Notes under the pieces: generated by a model
Database searches by the model: none
Told to the model about the DNA's origin: nothing
What the model saw: the letters and a program-made list of their open reading frames with translations, nothing else
Made by a program: the position numbers and the translations under genes
NCBI GenBank assembly: GCA_937967645.1
Contig: CALBTT010000157.1
Location: forward strand, 10,330 to 40,329
Length of the DNA stretch: 30,000 nt
Reading direction: 5' to 3'
Source: an uncultured Zoogloea sp.
Lineage (GTDB): Bacteria > Pseudomonadota > Gammaproteobacteria > Burkholderiales > Rhodocyclaceae
In this document: in pieces, positions 26,068-30,000 of the stretch
Layout: the number at the start of each line of letters is the position of its first letter
Numbering within the stretch: the first letter of the stretch is position 1

Positions 26068-27168
26068 TCAAACCGCAAACCGGGCAACGGCATCTTCATT
26101 CCACTCGACCCCCGTTCCGGGCGTGTCGTTGGGAATGGCGTAACCGTCCCTGAACTGGAGGGGAGTGGTGATGATGGGTCCCGCCAGGTCCATGCGCTCA
26201 AGCCAGTGGGCGGTCGGACTGACCGCCAGCAGATGGGCGCTGATCTCCTGGAAAATATGGCTGGACAATGGGATTCCCTTCAGTTCGGCCAGAGCCGCCG
26301 CCTTCATCCAGCCGGTGACACCACCGATCTTCATGACATCCGGCATGGCAAAGTCGCAGGCCTCCGCCTCCAGCGCCTTCAGCATCTCGTCCGGCCCGCA
26401 CCAGTTCTCTCCCATCTGGATGCCTGCGGCGACGGATGAGCGGATTCTTGCGTGCCCGGCATAGTTTTCCTGCAGGGTAGGCTCCTCGACCCAGGCCAGT
26501 CCGAACTCCTGGATGACGCGGATTCGCCGGATGGCCTCGGGCACGGAAAGCGACTGGTTGTAGTCGACCATCAGCTCAACCTGGGCGCCGAGGCACTTCT
26601 TGATTTCCTCGATAACGGCACAATCCTCATCAAGCGTCTTGTAGCCGATCTTGATCTTGATGGCCCGAAAGCCGGCATCGACGGCTTTTTTCGCACGGAG
26701 CGTACCAATCGTGATGCCGTCCATGCTGTGGCTGTCGTAAGCGGGCAAAGCCTTCACCGAACCGCCCAGCAACTCGCAGAGCGGGACTCCATGCAGTTTT
26801 GCCAGCGCATCCCAGACAGCCATATCCAGCCCTGCGCAGGCCATCATGGCGATGCCGGTTCTGCCGATCAGTCTCAGCCTGCTCAACAGAGTACGCTCGA
26901 GAGCCAGCGGCGAAACGGACTCGCCAATCAATACCGATCCCAGGTCCTCGACCAGGGCCCGGGCGCTTTCGAGAGCAAGCGGTGTGTAGGTGAACACATA
27001 TGCGCGCCCGACGACTCCGCAGTCAAGCATCAGATCGATCAGCACGAGGGGAGACGACGAAACGACACCCACGCTGGTCTTGACCGGATATTCCAGCGGC
27101 ACCATCACCGACCGCGCCTGAATATGCGTGATCGTTGCTCTGGTTTTTGATACGACGTTCTCAAGCAT
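26068..27168 (-). CDS. mdlA: Mandelate racemase (enolase superfamily), about 366 aa
   Basis: Collinear with remembered P. putida MdlA. Matches include KxK (IKIKIGY), the metal ligands MVDYNQS / VEEP / MGENW, MPDVMKIGG, the catalytic His in SSHIFQEISAHL, and TAHWLERMD. Start is ATG 27168 or 27174. It overlaps the mdlB stop. Confidence 0.9.
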   Translation of the reverse strand: MLENVVSKTRATITHIQARSVMVPLEYPVKTSVGVVSSSPLVLIDLMLDCGVVGRAYVFTYTPLALESARALVEDLGSVLIGESVSPLALERTLLSRLRLIGRTGIAMMACAGLDMAVWDALAKLHGVPLCELLGGSVKALPAYDSHSMDGITIGTLRAKKAVDAGFRAIKIKIGYKTLDEDCAVIEEIKKCLGAQVELMVDYNQSLSVPEAIRRIRVIQEFGLAWVEEPTLQENYAGHARIRSSVAAGIQMGENWCGPDEMLKALEAEACDFAMPDVMKIGGVTGWMKAAALAELKGIPLSSHIFQEISAHLLAVSPTAHWLERMDLAGPIITTPLQFRDGYAIPNDTPGTGVEWNEDAVARFAV

Positions 27169-28303
27169 GGCCATCACCCTCACGAAAAATAAGCCCCCTG
27201 TCCAGTTCTCCGACCGAGGCTGCTCCCAGCAGGATCATCGAACGCTCCAGTCCTGCGGCCAGAATGCCCAGGACGGTATCCACCCCCCGCAGCCCATCAA
27301 CGGCAAGGCCGTACAGCAAGGGTCGCCCCACAAATACCGCCCTCGCGCCAAGACATAGCGCCTTGGAAATGTCGGCGCCGCTGCGGAATCCACTATCAAC
27401 AAATACTGGAGCTCGACCATTCACGGCGGACAGCACTTTTTCCAGCGACAAAATCGAGGAGACTGCCCCGTCGAGCTGACGTCCGCCGTGATTGGAAACA
27501 ATCAGGCCGTCGACTCCGGCGCCTATTGCCCTGGCCGCATCCAGCGGATTCAGGATTCCTTTCAGGAGCAAAGGTCCATCCCAGATACTCCTCAACCACG
27601 CGATGGAGTCCCACACCAGGCCGCGATCCATTTCCCGGCTGAGCAGTGCCGCCTGAAGCTCCAGGGTGCTGGCATTTGGATCTTCGGCAAGATTGACGAA
27701 GCCGGGCATTCCGCTCTTCAGGAATCTCGACAGCCAGCCGGGATGGCGAACGAGATCCAGGAGTGTCGAGGCCTTGGGGCGAAACGGGAGACGGAATCCG
27801 TTCCTGACATCCCGCTCCCGATACCCGCTTACAGGAACATCCACAGTCAGCACGATGGCCTTGTAGCCGGACTGCTTCGCCCGTCGGACCATCTGCGCTG
27901 CGATCGAACGGTCCTTCATGACATAAACCTGCAGCCAGTTCACACCACCGCTGTCGGCAACTGCCTCCAACCGCTCGTTCGATGCCGTGGACAGCACGAA
28001 GGGAATTCCATGCGCGGCAGCCGCCCGTGCCAGGATGACATCCCCGCCAGGCCGGGTCAGGCCATTGAACCCCATTGGCGCAACCGCATAAGGACGCTTC
28101 CAGACATCGCCAAATACGGAGATCCGTGTATCCAGGCTAGACGTATCCCGAAGCACTCGCGGCATGAGTTGAATGCCATCCAGGTCAATCTTGTTCCTTC
28201 TTGCGCAGCTATTCGTCTCTGCGGCTCCATCGACATAATCGAAGGCAAAGCGTGGAAGCGCCTTCTTCGCGTCGAGCCTAAAGTCTTCTACATTGAGTCT
28301 CAT
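27161..28303 (-). CDS. mdlB: (S)-mandelate dehydrogenase (FMN-dependent alpha-hydroxy-acid dehydrogenase), 380 aa
   Basis: Family motifs IPFVLSTASN, TVDVPVSGYRERD, SNHGGRQLD and DSGFRSGADI. It has the internal insertion typical of membrane-associated MdlB/LldD types. GGAGGAGA RBS. Confidence 0.88.
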   Translation of the reverse strand: MRLNVEDFRLDAKKALPRFAFDYVDGAAETNSCARRNKIDLDGIQLMPRVLRDTSSLDTRISVFGDVWKRPYAVAPMGFNGLTRPGGDVILARAAAAHGIPFVLSTASNERLEAVADSGGVNWLQVYVMKDRSIAAQMVRRAKQSGYKAIVLTVDVPVSGYRERDVRNGFRLPFRPKASTLLDLVRHPGWLSRFLKSGMPGFVNLAEDPNASTLELQAALLSREMDRGLVWDSIAWLRSIWDGPLLLKGILNPLDAARAIGAGVDGLIVSNHGGRQLDGAVSSILSLEKVLSAVNGRAPVFVDSGFRSGADISKALCLGARAVFVGRPLLYGLAVDGLRGVDTVLGILAAGLERSMILLGAASVGELDRGLIFREGDGHA

Positions 28304-28369
28304 CGCTCTCTCCTCCTGCCAACTGACTCCACTGCATCCTTGCCTTCGGGCGTCAGCAAATCGACCACG

Positions 28370-29998
<1,629 letters not shown>

Positions 29999-30000
29999 CC

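Overview
High-GC bacterial chromosome segment. Hand counts of 60-nt lines give about 58-77% G+C for most of the window. Gene content, including sigma-54 AcxR with acxABC, resembles Rhodocyclales-type Betaproteobacteria, but that placement is inference only. I can support 21 protein-coding genes plus one gene fragment. In order: recJ (5'-truncated by the window edge); a small basic ORF; an RRM-type RNA-binding protein with a Gly/Arg-rich tail; a conserved hypothetical; a translationally coupled OmpA-like lipoprotein and Tat-signal patatin pair; a periplasmic-sensor PAS-GGDEF cyclase; a TonB-dependent receptor; pirin; a complete acetone-carboxylase regulon (acxR divergent from acxABC, with a clear -24/-12 promoter and two TGT-N11-ACA upstream sites) followed by a single-polypeptide A+B 3-oxoacid CoA-transferase; a divergent LysR/MFS pair; a PocR-PAS-PAS-GGDEF-hemerythrin cyclase; hflX; and a MapZ/PA4608-like PilZ protein. 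From about 25.7 kb to the window end G+C drops to about 50-58% by spot counts. That block carries a mandelate pathway operon (mdlC-mdlB-mdlA) ending in a truncated XylC-like benzaldehyde dehydrogenase exactly at the compositional junction, which looks like the edge of a horizontally acquired island. I found no rRNA, tRNA, CRISPR array, recognisable IS or transposase, integrase, or defence-system signature. I cannot point to a convincingly new multi-gene system. The most noteworthy items are the island boundary, the acx regulatory architecture with the fused CoA-transferase, and the unusual cyclase domain architecture. Many long ORFs in the six-frame track are antisense shadows of real genes in GC-rich DNA and were rejected. 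All homology statements come from recognising motifs and remembered family sequences, not from database searches.
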